DNA of 64,000 nt from Trichosphaerium sp. ATCC 40318 (GCA_038496445.1 JALMLS010000255.1:578679-642678), one strand, 5' to 3'. Numbered from the stretch's first letter, positions 1 through 14,740 are shown. Notes: generated from the letters alone by a model not told the origin. Numbers and translations: made by a program.

Positions 1-1841
1 TCAACAGTACCATTTGATTTTCCGTTCTTGTACATACACCGTAACTTGAGCTGTCCGTTGTTGTACCACTGTCTATACTTATTGGTCATCTTTCCATTGG
101 TGTACACGCATTCTATTTCGATTTGTCCAGCTTCATACCATTGTCTAAACCTTCCGTTCATCTTGCCGTTGACGTACATGCACTCTGTTTTAAGTTGTCC
201 GTTTAAGTACCACTCTTCAAACAAACCATTGATGTTGCTATTAAGGTACAAACATCTCTTTTTGAGTGTTCCATTTTCATACCACTCCTGAGACTTTCCA
301 TTGCCAGTATTATAATGTGCCTTTAGGTGGCCATTGTAGTACCATCTCATGACCTCGCCAACCTCAACGCCATCAACATGGTAAGAAAGCTCTCTCATTT
401 GCCCGTTCTCATACCATTCTATACAGTCACCATTCTTCATTCCATCCATTCTGTGAAAGTGTAGTTCAAGCTTCCCATTTTCATACCACATCTTATGCTC
501 ACCTTCTTCGTTACCATCTTTAAAGAAGCAAAGCTCTTTGACTGTTCCATCAGCGTACATATACGAATACGCTCCATCCAACTTGTCATCCTTGTAAATA
601 CACTGTTCCTCAAGTGTTCCGTCTTCATACCACCTTTTGGCAACGCCATTTTTTTTACCATGCTTGTAAATAGCACTTTCTTGGATTCTTCCATTATCAT
701 ACCATCTCCTGCACTCTCCTTCAAACTTGTCGTTATAGCTTATATAGAAATGTCGCTTTTTTCCATTCTCAAACCACGTTTTCCGGAGGCCATGCACATT
801 ACCGTCCTTGTAAACACATTGTTCCTTTCTTTCTCCGTTCAGATGCCACTCTTTGTACTCTCCATTTTTTTCACCAGCAATGTAATAGCCCTCTATTTCA
901 GGAGCTCTATCGTTATACCACAAAGTACAGTGACCGTTTCGTTTGCCGTCAACCCACATGCTTGTTTCTCTAAGTGCGCCATCTTTACACCACCTCTTCA
1001 TCTCACCTTCTTTGATACCATCGCTGTAACAGCATTGCACTTTGACTTGTCCGTCTTCATACCATTTTATACACTTGCCCGTCTTATTACCCTTCTCGTA
1101 AGTGCACCGTTTTTTGCATTGTCCGTTCTTATACCACTCTTTGTAGTCGCCATGTCTTTGATTTTCAACATAAGCACAATCAAGTTCACATTGTCCGCTC
1201 TGATACCACTTTTTAGCCTTCCCGTTTTGTTTGCCGTCAGCCCACAAACTGTATTCTTCAGGCTTTCCATTCTGAAACCATTTCTTACACTCTCCATATA
1301 GCTTGTTGTCAATGCTTGTGTAATCAAGCCGTGGTTTTCCATTACCATACCACCTCTTGCACATTCCGTGTATCTTGCCTGCTTTGAACATGGACTGCTC
1401 TTTCGTTACTCCATTCTTGTACCACTCGGAACACTCTCCGTTCTTCTTGTCATCTTTGTAAATGCGATGTTCCGCAAGTTGTCCATTCTCATGCCACTTT
1501 TTATATTCACCGTTCTTCTTGTTGTCAATGAAATAACAGTGCACATCGAGTTTGCCGTTCTCGCGCCATTGTTTAAAAACACCATTCTTCTTTCCATCAA
1601 TCAACAAATACTTAGAACGTATATTGCCACTGTTGTACCAGACCGTCCACATTCCGTGCTTATCAAGGTTTTCATTGTAGTGCGTGCTGATTGCAGCTCG
1701 CTTAGATAGCGTATGAAACTTCTTAAAAGTTTCGTCATTGAAAGAGCACAAATAACGTTGAATATCTCTTGGCAGGTCTAGTAACTCTGTGGGAGGAGCA
1801 ATGACAATAGGTTGGTATTGTCCAGGCTTGTTTGTAGTCAT
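1..1841 (-). CDS. F-box-like N-terminus plus ~23 MORN-variant (YwqK-like) 24-aa repeats; intronless, 3' end runs off window
   Basis: Manual translation is open from ATG 1841 to position 1 (613+ aa; absent from the ORF track because there is no stop). N-terminal ELLDLPRDIQRYL, then repeats like HGEYKEWYENGQLKxxCxYxDGK. Confidence 0.88.
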   Translation of the reverse strand, partial: MTTNKPGQYQPIVIAPPTELLDLPRDIQRYLCSFNDETFKKFHTLSKRAAISTHYNENLDKHGMWTVWYNSGNIRSKYLLIDGKKNGVFKQWRENGKLDVHCYFIDNKKNGEYKKWHENGQLAEHRIYKDDKKNGECSEWYKNGVTKEQSMFKAGKIHGMCKRWYGNGKPRLDYTSIDNKLYGECKKWFQNGKPEEYSLWADGKQNGKAKKWYQSGQCELDCAYVENQRHGDYKEWYKNGQCKKRCTYEKGNKTGKCIKWYEDGQVKVQCCYSDGIKEGEMKRWCKDGALRETSMWVDGKRNGHCTLWYNDRAPEIEGYYIAGEKNGEYKEWHLNGERKEQCVYKDGNVHGLRKTWFENGKKRHFYISYNDKFEGECRRWYDNGRIQESAIYKHGKKNGVAKRWYEDGTLEEQCIYKDDKLDGAYSYMYADGTVKELCFFKDGNEEGEHKMWYENGKLELHFHRMDGMKNGDCIEWYENGQMRELSYHVDGVEVGEVMRWYYNGHLKAHYNTGNGKSQEWYENGTLKKRCLYLNSNINGLFEEWYLNGQLKTECMYVNGKMNGRFRQWYEAGQIEIECVYTNGKMTNKYRQWYNNGQLKLRCMYKNGKSNGTV

Positions 1842-2390
1842 TATTGGTACTGTTGTCTAAAAAGTACGTCAAAAAAAAGCTGTTCAGTGAAAAAGAAGAC
1901 AAGAACAAATGAAAACGGGTTGATTGATAGTGCTGAATTTCAATATTGATTTAAAGTTGATGTTAATTGTTTTTCGTGCACTTGTGTTGTCTGATGTGTA
2001 TACTTGAAGTCCAGAAACCTTTTTGCGAGCTCTTTCAAGAGCAATACACTAAACCACTTGACGTACGTTGTTTTGTTATAATAGTAGAGTTAAACGGTGA
2101 TTCGTCAAGTATCACCAGCTGTTGCACAAGTAGTTTGGTATCTGGAAATTAAAAATCACTCAACAAAATCCTTTAAGTAAGTACTGTCACTTAACCGCAC
2201 AAAAAAACAGTGAAAACATTCCCCCGCAAGTTTCCTTTGGTACTGCTAGTATAATGGTAGAGTCTCATTGACAGCGTACTGTTCAAATTGGCCCTGGGAT
2301 CAATAATAATAGTTTGGGAAATTGTTTATTTTTCAAATTTTTTTTATCTTTACTGACTTTATGTGCTTTCTTTTTTATTTGTACAACTTA

Positions 2391-3771
2391 TTATTTGTAT
2401 CTATTATATCCTCCTTGTTTCCTTGCTGGAGCCGATATCTTCTTCAATGGGTGCATTTTAAGCCCAATCATTTCCAAATACTTCGTTGTTTGAGGTTGAA
2501 CTTTAAAAACATATTCTTTGCCTTCACCGCCATCTCCACCAGTTGTCTTTGGTCTGACAGTCATAACAAAAGGCTCAGTGATAGCATAAGTACCTTTTTT
2601 CGCCAGAACATTCTCTTTCACCCACCTAGAGTTTTCCTCAAGAAGGGCTTTCTTCAATTGTTTTGGGAATCTTGGATTTGCATTTTCACGCAAAGGAAAC
2701 AGCTTGTGCGTAGCACGTACAATGGATAACCACTCTTCGTCATAATGTAATACCTTAGGTAAATTTGGTACCGAAGGATATACTTGAATAACCTTACAGA
2801 AGCGTCGGTTAGGTACAGGCTTATCAAGCGCCAAAAATTTTGTTTCTTTGACAGGTTCATCATCATTTGATTTGGGTGTTTGCCTTTGCCCTTTTCTACC
2901 CCTTACAGGTCTCTTTGTATGCTTCACTGTAGCTTCAAAGTGAACATGCATATGACCAGAACACCATCACGTTGGTTTAAGGTCTTTTAAGAGTTTCAGG
3001 TACCCACGAAATCCAAGAGCGTCTTGTTTGTTTGCATCTTTTTCAAACCATGGTTTTGTACGAAATAGCTTCTCAGCGTCACCGTAGGTGAAGATACTAC
3101 CCGGCCAGTCGTGTGACATTATAATATCAAGATGACCACGTACTTGAGACAGCTTAAAAAGCTCATACTGCCGAACATGGAAAGCGCTTTTTTTTTCTGC
3201 AAAAGTGTACGGTGGAAGCTCAAAATGGCCTTTCTGGAAGTCGTAACCCTTCCAAATACCGCTAAACCCTCCAATACGCACTCCTCCAAAGTTTAGAACG
3301 CCTGAATAGCCCATGAAATAAATATTAGGCGCAGCGTATCCTCCATAGTAGATTTCGCGCAAGTGGTTGCTTGCCTAGCGAAAGTAAGCATTTGTGATGA
3401 TTTTGGACGCTTTTTAACGTACTTCATGGTTGCCACCGATAAAAACAGTTGGAATAGGCGCTACAAGTTCTCCGTTGTAGTATTTGTAGAAATCTTTAAA
3501 GATGTGGTATTTTGCTGGTCCTGAAAGACATTCTAGGTCGTAATCGCATCGAACAGCCTCAAAATCGCCACAACAAAGGACGAGATCAACTTTGTAATCA
3601 TTTTGCTAATTACTTGTTGTAAGGTAAAGGTAACATGCTTATATGCGTTCAAACCTCCTCATAGTGCTTAACTTGCTCGTATATTCTATCTAACTGTCCA
3701 TGAGAACAGCCAATAACAGCAATATTGAGTGGTTCTGCTTTGGTTTCTTTTTCTTCCTCTTTAGGTTCCAT
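2391..3771 (-). CDS. DBR1: RNA lariat debranching enzyme, with in-frame TGA at 2967-2969
   Basis: Motifs GCSHG, CCGDFEA, GGNHE, SHDWP, WCSGHMH and TKFLALDK; two GT-AG introns; ends TAA. Confidence 0.93.
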
Positions 3772-3809
3772 CGCAGCAGTTATTTGAGTAATTGAAACGA
3801 ACGTCAATG

Positions 3810-4411
3810 CTACCATTCACCGAAGCAATTTACTTCGTCATCACCATTACCTAAATTTTCTTGTTTTCTGAACTCAAGCACAACACCGTGTATCCTTTCT
3901 TTGTCGTGTGCCACTATGACTCTTGCAACATACAAATGGAAGATCCAGATTTACGAAGAAAGGCATTTGAGTCTGGATCTTTGCTGTGGGCAGTGCAACA
4001 TTTACTAAGCTCTGCTTCTCTGGACTATTTATTGTGTCCTTTCTATGGTGTAAAAGAAGCACCTTTGCCCCACGTGTTTGTTTACAACTTAACTTTATTA
4101 TGGTCATCTCTTGAATGGTAACAAAACAATTTGAGGCACGAGAAAATTCATGTGTTTTAATCTTGCTTACATAGCTTTTTTCAATTTTTAAAAATGAACT
4201 ACTCAGCCAACACTTTATTGTTCTTTGGCTCACCATTATCGTAAAGCATATCATGCCAACCTAAAAGTAGTTAAAGGATGTAAATACGACACTAATGGAA
4301 ACAGACTAAGCAAAGGCTTCAACATGTCAAAAAGAATACATGGCTTGATTTGAAATCAATGGACAAGTTACGTAAATAGGTCGTATCTATTGCCTCGCTT
4401 AAATGATATCA
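3810..4411 (-). CDS. Possible small spliced hypothetical protein
   Basis: Exon-like open segments with GT/AG borders; last segment reads IHGVVLEFRKQENLG...EW*. No recognisable motif and the structure is unresolved. Confidence 0.25.
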
Positions 4412-4539
4412 TCCTGCACGGACTCAAATTGAATTTCTACTTGGTATTGTATTCTTACATGCGTGCGTTCGATGACGCGAAAGAGAAACGAAGGAAGAGT
4501 TATTGACTTCTTTTTTTTTGTACAATTTGTTTTTTAAAA

Positions 4540-7500
4540 TTACGTTGTGTATGATAGCTGGTTTTTAAGTCTATGTGCTCGCTGGAGTTGAAAATTTTTC
4601 ATTTGTTTCTTTATACTCTGTAGCCATGACTATATTATAAAGTCAGTTGATGTCATTAATAATAAAGAGAGGCGTGATTTCGAAAAAAAGTGAATTTGTT
4701 AGTTTTATACCTCTTTTGAGTCGTTTGACTCGCATTGTATAAGCATTGTAGAGCTTGACGTTAGTTCCATTATTTCGAATAAATTTACAGCAGATTTATC
4801 TATAAATTACTATGTCAGTTGAAAACCATAAAAAAGAAAAGTTGTAATCTCTAATTAACGAACCTTCTTTATCTGCACAGTTCACTACAGATATCTCTTT
4901 TAACATCCATTTCTTTTTCCACATGTATTTTTTGTTAAATTGCTATCGTGCGTATTAGTACAACCATTAATGGACAACGAAACGAGGAAAAAAATAAGAA
5001 TAATTTTGCTTCATTGTTGTGTTTTTTTTGTTGCCTAAGCAGGAACTGTCGTGAAGATGAAAAAATTAATTTGTGTTATAAGTACGTTACGAAGCATCTT
5101 CTTTGAGCTTGGAATGAGTTTTCTCTTTGTTAGAACCAACAACATATCAGTAAATAAATACACTCGAATTTTTTTAAGTTTCTGCTCCAATACTTCACTC
5201 TGTTTTAATCATTTTTAGCATACGTCTACCACATAACACTCAAAAGATTTTATATCCAAAAAAATATACACATACCGCATCACCCTCTTTTATCAACCTT
5301 CGGTTTCTTTGAACCAAATTAAGCTCTGATCCGTTATAAATGTTTAGTTGAAGATCTGCTAATTTTTTCATGCAAATCTCTGAGAAACTCTCCGCTTGTT
5401 CATTAACCTTATCAATAAATCTATTCATAGTTTGTAAGTTAGCAAATGATAATATTATAGCTTATATCACATGTTTCAAAAACGCACGTGACAGCCTCGT
5501 CGATGAGTTTAATTGCTCTTCCAAGATTTGTATGTTCAGAATGAGATTGAGTAGTGTGTTGATGGAGTTGCTAAAAATCGATAAGCCTTTTGATGTTTAA
5601 AACTAATTGCGTTTATTATACCCGTAGTAGTAAGCTATATCTACCTATAACATAAATGCAGTTAGATTTTTTTCGAAGCATAATACATAATTACTAGTAA
5701 AACGCAAAGGGAAAACAAAACAAAACAATTGAAATCACTATTTTGTTAGCAAACAAGAAGCTTTTTTCTAATGCGTACATATTCGTTGTATCGGCTTTAT
5801 AAGCATTGCTGAAAATTCCAGGTTTTTACATGCCGGATCTTGGAGGAAAGTCTAGAAAACACAAGGCATCAGACATGTTGTTTTGGCATAACATTAACTT
5901 ACCGTCATGTATGTTTTAAATTCTCTGTTGCTCTGATACAAACTATCCGCCATTGCTTTTGATAATGTCTTCATACTACAATACTCTGTGTATACTTTCA
6001 AATAACCAGCCTACAAACAGAATGCTTAGAGAAAGAGAAGAAAAAAACTACAAAAAAAACTAAACATACAAAATCAGAAAAAATGTCACCAACAACCATA
6101 TACGCAAGTGACTTTACTGGTCCCCATTTCATGGCTGCTTCTTCATGTCTCATATTCAAAGGTTGGTATAGATGTACATTATTCGTGCGGGCAATAGCCT
6201 TCATGTTACACGTTAGCATAAGCCAGTCTCGAAGAAGAAAAGGTTAAAGATTACAAACCTTTATATTTCCAAACAACACTCTATGTTCTTCTTTAGATAC
6301 AATACCTTGCTCAAGCATAGGGTTCATGAATAGCTGTATTAAAGTTATGTCCAAAAATCGTAAAAAATATTATTTTCAAAAAACCACGTGCGTCAATGAG
6401 TGTATTCAGGTCATCTTTGTAGTCGCTTTCTGTTTTCATAATTTCTGCCATTATATTCCCTTCAAAAATATTAATCTGTGATGCGGTTACAAGTATTTAC
6501 CTCTCTTGGCGCTGTGGTGTGGTAAAGCAGGTGAATTCTGATCATTTGCACCATCCATAAGTTTAGATACGTGCTGTAAAGAAAGAGAAGTTAAAAACAA
6601 TTGAAAAACTGATTCCGCTTTTTCGAAAGAAAAAAAAAACACAAAACAACACAAAAATCACGCTTTCTTTCGGAAGTAATTTTACGAAATGATTCATTGT
6701 GTTGTTTAGAAATTATTTCATATAATAGTGTACCATTGATTGTGCGCGTTTATGATTTTTTCCAAATCCGGTTGACAAATTTCGATTAAGGTTAACAGGT
6801 GGAGTGGACTCAACAAAACCGATTCTTGTTCTTCTATCATAAAGAGATGACTCTGATGCTGATTTTTCATGTTCTCTCGTCTTAAATGGAGTAGGTGGAG
6901 ATGAAGGCGGTGTATATTTCGGCGGTGAAGAGTGTAGAGAAGTTCCTAAACGTCTGTTCACTTTTGGCTTGGGAGGGACTTTAGGTGGAGGACTTGGTTT
7001 ACTCCTCCTCAGAATTCTATTTGGAGGAGCAGGTGTTGAGACTGCACGCTTTCCTCTCAGCTTTCTACAATAAATTAAGAAAATGTATTGAACACAAAAG
7101 GAAGTAAGTACAGTCGAAGCGTAATGAAAAATACATAAAAAAAATCGAGTGAACTTCACGTGTTGTTTTTACTGCAAATAAACCTTGTGGGGTCGCATAG
7201 ATTTTTTTTTTAAGTGTTCCTAAGGCAAACACACAATCTTACACGTAGAAATATTTATGTGTTCAAATCAGATCACTCTTATAAGATTCAATTTCGTGGC
7301 TCTGAATTTTTGTTCTTTTTGGTTTTTTTTTTTGAAAATCACGTGATCTTACCTTGTTGCTGGAGAAAGACGATGTATTGGCGGTTGTTTTGGTTTCGGT
7401 GGATCAATTAAAGGCTTTTTCGGCGCATGGCCGTTTTCATGGTGCTCCGACAATGATGTCCCAGGGTTTAATTGCTTAAGTAATGAAGCTACATCACTAC

Positions 7501-7733
7501 GGAGCTCCGAAAGAACGCGTGATGTTGTCGTTTTATAATCCTCAAATTCTTTCTTTAATGCTATCAATTGGCTTTGGTTGTCTTGTATCACCTACATAAA
7601 AATACTGCGTTGAGGATATGAATTGGGCAATTAAGAACATAAAAACAAAAAAGATGTGTTGCCATCCTTCTAGTTGTAGTTAATTGTTATGTACCGAAAA
7701 ATTTGATTCTGGCGTCGCAAAGGCTTTGTACAT
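4540..7733 (-). CDS. RhoGEF (DH-PH) with N-terminal coiled coil and proline-rich region
   Basis: Spliced DH motifs EIMKTESDYKDDL, LFGNI, YLKVYTEYC and LIKPIQRICRYSLLL; PH motifs RRLIKEG, VYLFTDMLL and KESWLQSI. Confidence 0.9.
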
Positions 7734-7981
7734 TATGCTTAATACTCACGTTTCTCCAACAGGTATTGTAAAATCCCCCAAAAAATACGTAAGCTGTACA
7801 GTATACTACCTGTTCTCTTTTGTTTTAATAAAGTAAAAAGCAATAGTGCTTATCTAATGGTAGAGATTAATCACTTTGAAAAAAAAAAAAAAACCCAAAA
7901 ATTCTCACGTGCGAAAGAAATTTCGTTGACACTCTTACTTGTTACGTTACATCAATTTGTATCAAACAATGGTATAAGACT

Positions 7982-10096
7982 ATGACAAGCAAGCTAATAA
8001 AGAAAAGTAGCAACTTAGTAACGCGATTACACGATGCCAAACGTCAGAAAGTTGATAACGAGGTAGTGGCTATCGACAAAACAAGGCATCGTCAACATAC
8101 GTATGCTACGTAGGTATAGCGCACAAGCCGAAATCAACCAAGCCCTCACAAGACAAAGCACGATATCAAAAACCTGCGTAGCGCTTTTTTCTATTTACTC
8201 GCGTAGACGCTCCAAGTAACTCATACTTCGGAGAAAGGCGTATGGGACACTTTTAATCGACGAAGTCAATTGTTGTCAATAACGATAATAAACAAAAGCC
8301 GGCTTTACGTACCTTGCATTAACTCCTGCATGATAGCGTAGTTCCGACTGTCTGAATGTGTAAGAATACACCGTATTTAGCAAATTCTAACGTATTTAGC
8401 TCTACGGAGAAGTAACACTAAGAAGAAGACTATACATTCCTTTGTAAAGACTCACGTAGATTTAAAAAACGCATCGTACGCCTTTATTTGCGAAAACGCA
8501 AGCCGCTTTTTGTTTTTTTGATTATTATGCACAAAACACAATACTAACGGTTTTATAAGGTCTGATATTGATTATGGATACCATCAAGTGTTTCATCCAG
8601 GGAAGCCAGACGCCGGTGAAGACACCTTTTTCATTAACGCCCAATATAGAGCTATAGCTGTGTTTGATGGTACGTATAACGTTATTTTTAATATTTAAAC
8701 CTCTTGTTTCTCCATTTTGCAATCAATTTGACTGTTTTGCTTTTAAAACCACGGTACAATCTCCGTGATGTTATACAATACCCAAGCGATACCGTTTGGA
8801 GGTTATATACAAACTCGACGCTAATACAAAGCGTACCCGGCCAAAAATACATTGAGCCACTTAATTTTATTTGTATATTCTCTTTATACGGACAACGATC
8901 AAATTTACTCTCGTTGATACCTCTAATTCAATCAAAGAGTTGTAGTTCCTTCTTTTTTTTGAAATATCTGTTGTTTCTCCTTGTATTATCACTAAAACAC
9001 CTCTAGGTATTGGTGAATGGCGTAGGCGTGGTATAGACGCAAGAGCTTACCCTCTAAAGCTATGTGATACAGCGCTAGAAGCTGTTCAAGATAATGAGCG
9101 TGATCCACTTGAAATAATGTCTATTGCTTGCAATGGGAGTAAAGGTATCGATGGTACAAGTACTGCATGTGTTGGCGTATTCGAAGGAAATGAGTTCAAG
9201 GCAGCAAACTTGGGTGATTCTGCTTTTGTCGTTATTCGTGATTTTTCACTTCATTTGCGATCAAAGTCTCAACAGGTACTTACTTAGACACCTTTTTGCC
9301 CACGGCCAAGATTTTCCTTTGTTTTCACAGAAACACGTCAACGTTCCTTTTGGGATTTTTGGCAGTTCCTTTTTTCGTAATTTCGTATTTATACACGTGT
9401 GAGGTGTCATCACTGATTTTGCTCGTTTTTACAAAAAAATCAGAATATTACAAAAATCATTTGCTACAACGCGTGTGGACGTCTTAATTTTGCTCAAGTT
9501 TTGCCTACATTTTGTTGCAAAACTTCAGGATTTTATTTTGGAAGTAACTAGTTCCTAGTCGTCACTTTAGTGTTTTTTTGACTCATTTTTTTTGTTTTAG
9601 ATTAAGTTTAATGTACCGTATCAAATGGGTAGCACATCTAATATTGTACCGTGGGAAAAAGCGGATACGTATAAGACAACAATAGAAATTGGTGATGTTA
9701 TCGTTATGGGTAGTGACGGCCTTTTTGATAACTTGTTTATTGAGGATATAATCAAAGTCATAAAAAAAGTGCGTCAGATATCCACAGAATTAACTTTGCT
9801 TCACGGCCTCATTTGATGACCTTTCAATTTATTGATACTATTGGTATTCTATCTAACAATGGTTTTTGTAGAATTGGGATAGCTCAGCGCAGAAAATGTC
9901 AAAAGCAATGGGCCATAAAGCGTTTGTAAAGTCTAAAAACAGAAAAATCAAGACACCTTTTTCAGAAGAAGCAAAAGCTAGCGAATATGATTGGCCTGGT
10001 GGTGGTAAGATGGATGATATTACATTAGTGATTGCACGTGTAAAATCGTTACCACCAGCACCAGATATGACACGTTCACCATCATTAGACCTGTAA
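7982..10096 (+). CDS. PTC7: PP2C-family phosphatase, PTC7-like
   Basis: GEDTFF, AVFDGIGEW, GTSTAC, ANLGDS, MGSDGLFDNL and GGKMDDIT. 5' exons are approximate. Confidence 0.85.
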
Positions 10097-10411
10097 AAAG
10101 GAAGAAAAAAAAGGATTTCAAAAAAAAAAAGAAAAAAAACCGAAAAAAACCTTTTTTTTGTATCATTAATAAATTATATGAAGAACTAATAACACTCCTG
10201 TTGCTGCCCACTCGGCGTTTTTTAAAACTGAAGAACAACATTCCAGAAGGTGTTGCACTAAGAAATCTTCAGCTGTCGTATATGCAAAGAGTATAAAACC
10301 ATTTATTGCTTTTTACTGAGAAAATGACATTTTTAGACAATTTACACGTCTTAGTCCCCATTTACGTAAGAGCAATGGATATCACCAAAAGGTAAAACTC
10401 AATTATATTAC

Positions 10412-13400
10412 TCAGTTCACAAGATGGGTTCTGAGATAATTTGTAATGTAAGTGAGGTAATGTTTTTTTGCACCTAAAAAAACAAGTATTAGCAAAAAAA
10501 AACAAATAAGGGAAGACTCGCTATCTCGAGTAGTAAGGGATTACAATACTTAAATAACATACCAAATTTAGCTAGTGCATGTGCTCTGTTCGCATAGTAT
10601 ACAGAATCATACTGAACACCAGCAGCTACCAAAGAGACATTCAATTGCGCCGAGTTTTGGAAATGTACATTATCATCACCAGTACCATGTATCACCAAAA
10701 GCTTTGTCTTGATGTTCGATACCTTATCTAATATAGAGCTATCGTTATATCCATCAAGATTTTGTGAAGGTGTGAGCATAAAACGTTCAGTATAAGCAGT
10801 ATCTAATGATTCAGTATCAGCAACATTGGATAACACAAAAACCACTAGTTGTACCATAGTAACGCCAATCTGTAACTGGTGCTACTGATACACCAACACG
10901 GAATGTTTCAGATCCTTCAGGAACAATAAGACATGCTAGAGTAAGCAATCCACCAAAACTATGGCCTCTGATAGCCATACGATTTGCATCAATCTCTTTT
11001 CTTTGACCAATCAATTTAGCAGCTGCTATTTGATCAAGAGCTTCTTTGACACCCAGTTTAAGACTAATCACTTTGTTAATCATATCTTGTTTTTTGGCCT
11101 TGTGAGGTTATAAACGTACTATGTCTCTTGCATGAATTTAATGCCTCTACCACCAGTACCAATATTGTCAATTATAGCAACAACTATGTTAAGCGTAGTT
11201 GAGAGATAATCATCATATCCAAGACCATAGCACGTGTTCACACGTTGAGAATCAGGTCCACCATAACTAGGAGAAAGCGATTAATTATAGAAGAGTCATG
11301 CTATGGTGTTTATTTTTTTTAAAAAGAGACGCACGGTGATAGTAAGAGAGGGTATTCTGATTCTTTTGTTTTGTCAAAACCAGGAGGATAAAGGAACTTG
11401 ACGTTAAGTGTATGTCCATTCACTTCAATCGTAGTTATCTCAGAAGAAGGTAACTCAAAGCCTTGAATAAGAGATTAATAAATAAAAAACCCTCATGACT
11501 CATTACTAAGCAATCAAAAAAAATCACGTGTCTGAAAAAGATTTTGTTACCTTCTAACTTTTTAGCAAGTTCTGCATTGTCTTCAAGGACATGCTCAAAC
11601 GAATAATCTTTTGTAGATTTTATCACTTGACGTGGTACATTAGGTCCACTATAAGTTAGTATATAGTACAGACCAACAGGTGAGAAGTTTACACGGTAGT
11701 AAGCTAAAAGAAAAATCAGGCAAGAAAATTCAACAGATCTAAAAAGTTTCTTGTACCTTTATCTCCGTCAACATTTGAGAGTGATACACGCTTAACTTCA
11801 AGAGTATCAATGTTTACAATACATACATGATTCTCAACAGATGAAGCATGAGTACTTGTGAAGTACATCTCCTTGGATTCCGGAATGTATTTCAGGATAT
11901 CGCGGATATCCCAATCACCTTTTTGGTAAGTTAAAGTTGCTTTTCTTGAAAAGTTATACCTTCAGTAAGGAATTTAACAAATCCAGACTCTCTGTTATAT
12001 AGTGCTATATGTAGGTGGCCGTTATTATCTCCCATTGACACAAACCGATCACAATCAAGCCAGATTGGTTCACTCTTTAAAAAAGAACAGTTAAAATAAC
12101 TGATGGACATAATAATGAATTTAGTGGCTTACTCCAAGAGCCCACCCAGTCTTGGCTTTCCAAGTGAGAACATTACTTATTGTAGCGCCTTTAGTAGCAT
12201 CGGCAACAATTAACCTTTCTTCAGTTTGATCTCTATTGCGAACACTACAAAGACATAAATAAATAACTTGAAGAACAAAAGTTTAGGCAAGCTTACCTTA
12301 TGCCAAGGTACTGAGACTTTGAGTCAGGAACCCACGTAATGGCATACAACCACCTATTAGATTCTTCTTCAAATGGAATAACCTTTACAAGAACTATTAA
12401 ACAAACACTGAAAATAATATTTAGCAATAAACCTTACCATATCATTTGTTGTTTTATCTTTAAGATCGTAAACCTTGACCTGAACAAGAGGGTTTGGTGT
12501 ACCGACCTTAGGGTAAGGAATGACCATTTGGGAAGGATAAAGGTTATCCTTAGGATCATGATATACTGGTATGGATATACGTTGTACAAGCTTAACAAAA
12601 TGTTGTCAGTTGCAATGCCTAATTCAATTATCACTTTTTTTACGTACACGTTCATCAGAGCGCTTGTATGCTATTTTTGTTCCCTCTGGGGACCACCATA
12701 ATGCAACAGGACTACTAGTTACATCTTCTTCGTATACCCAAGTTTGTACACCATTATAGATTTCATTAATGACACCGTCAGTAGTAACTGTTACTGGATC
12801 ACATTGAGGCACAATGCTTCTGTAGTAAATATTGTTATCCTTCACATACGCCTACAACCAATGTTAAATATCTCTTAAGTGATTAGCCATATATAACGCA
12901 TACAATAGAGTGTCCTACAGGATTCCATACGGCATTTTGAACCTTATCAGTACCAGACAAAGCAAAAGTTTCCCTTTTAGTTTTTTTTTGTTAATATTAT
13001 TTCAAAACCAGAAGACTTACTTTGTGGCAATGTTGTACACCACATAAACAGCTTTAAAAGAGTGTCTCCATATCTAGAAAGTAGTGTAAGTCACGTGACT
13101 ATCATTAACACGCTATATATAGTGCACCTTTTCACGCTTTGTAGCGAAGAGGACATGAGATTGGTCAGGAGAAAACCAGTAAGAAAAATACTTGACTTGT
13201 TCTCCGTTCTAAGTAGAAATTAGTTGTCAGAGCTGGATTAGGCACTATTGGCGCGTGTTGACGCCATAGAATGATGATTGAAGAGTTTCAAAAAGCGGTT
13301 TGTTGAATGGGAAACACAAAAATAGGAGATTGTACCAGTTTAATGTCTGATTTGTTAAATAGAGGTGTTTTATCGCCAGTTTTTGGATCTAGAGAGCTTA

Positions 13401-13594
13401 CTATGCCAGTTTTGTCATCGGCTGTAGAAAGAGTGCCTAAGAGCTATTAATAATATTTTGACGCGTAATATACCATTTGGAAGCCATTTGGTAGTCGTAG
13501 ACTCAGGAGAGAGCGTGCGATCAAACATGTTTTCAAAGCTAAACTGTTTGCGTTCAGCAGTCTCACTCGCTGGTGCTTTAGATGTTTCAGCCAT
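10412..13594 (-). CDS. Dipeptidyl peptidase IV family (S9B) peptidase
   Basis: IWRHSF, WVYEED, WWSPEG, YPKVGTPNP, nucleophile GHSFGG, APVTDWRYY, HGTGDDNVHFQ and catalytic His in AHAL; ~16 introns; first in-frame stop is TGA. Confidence 0.92.
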
Positions 13595-13774
13595 GATTCC
13601 TACTATTTAATGCTAAACGAACTTCGAAAGTTGTGAAAAACTTCAAAGTCGCCTAAAGTCAGTTTAAACTCAACTACATTTGTACAATGAATGTGAGTGT
13701 ACACCACGATACTTTCTAAGGACAACTAAGTGACTAGTGAAGTTATTTATTTTCAAGAGGCAAGCTTGTTATTT

Positions 13775-14740
<966 letters not shown>

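Noticed and set aside
28-1709. Plus-strand ORFs (268 aa and others) at the window start
   Set aside because: Antisense shadows of the minus-strand MORN-repeat gene.
2150-2390. SECIS element making the DBR1 TGA selenocysteine
   Set aside because: No convincing AUGA-AA-GA stem-loop; AATAAA follows the stop immediately; the site aligns to Tyr/Trp, not Cys.
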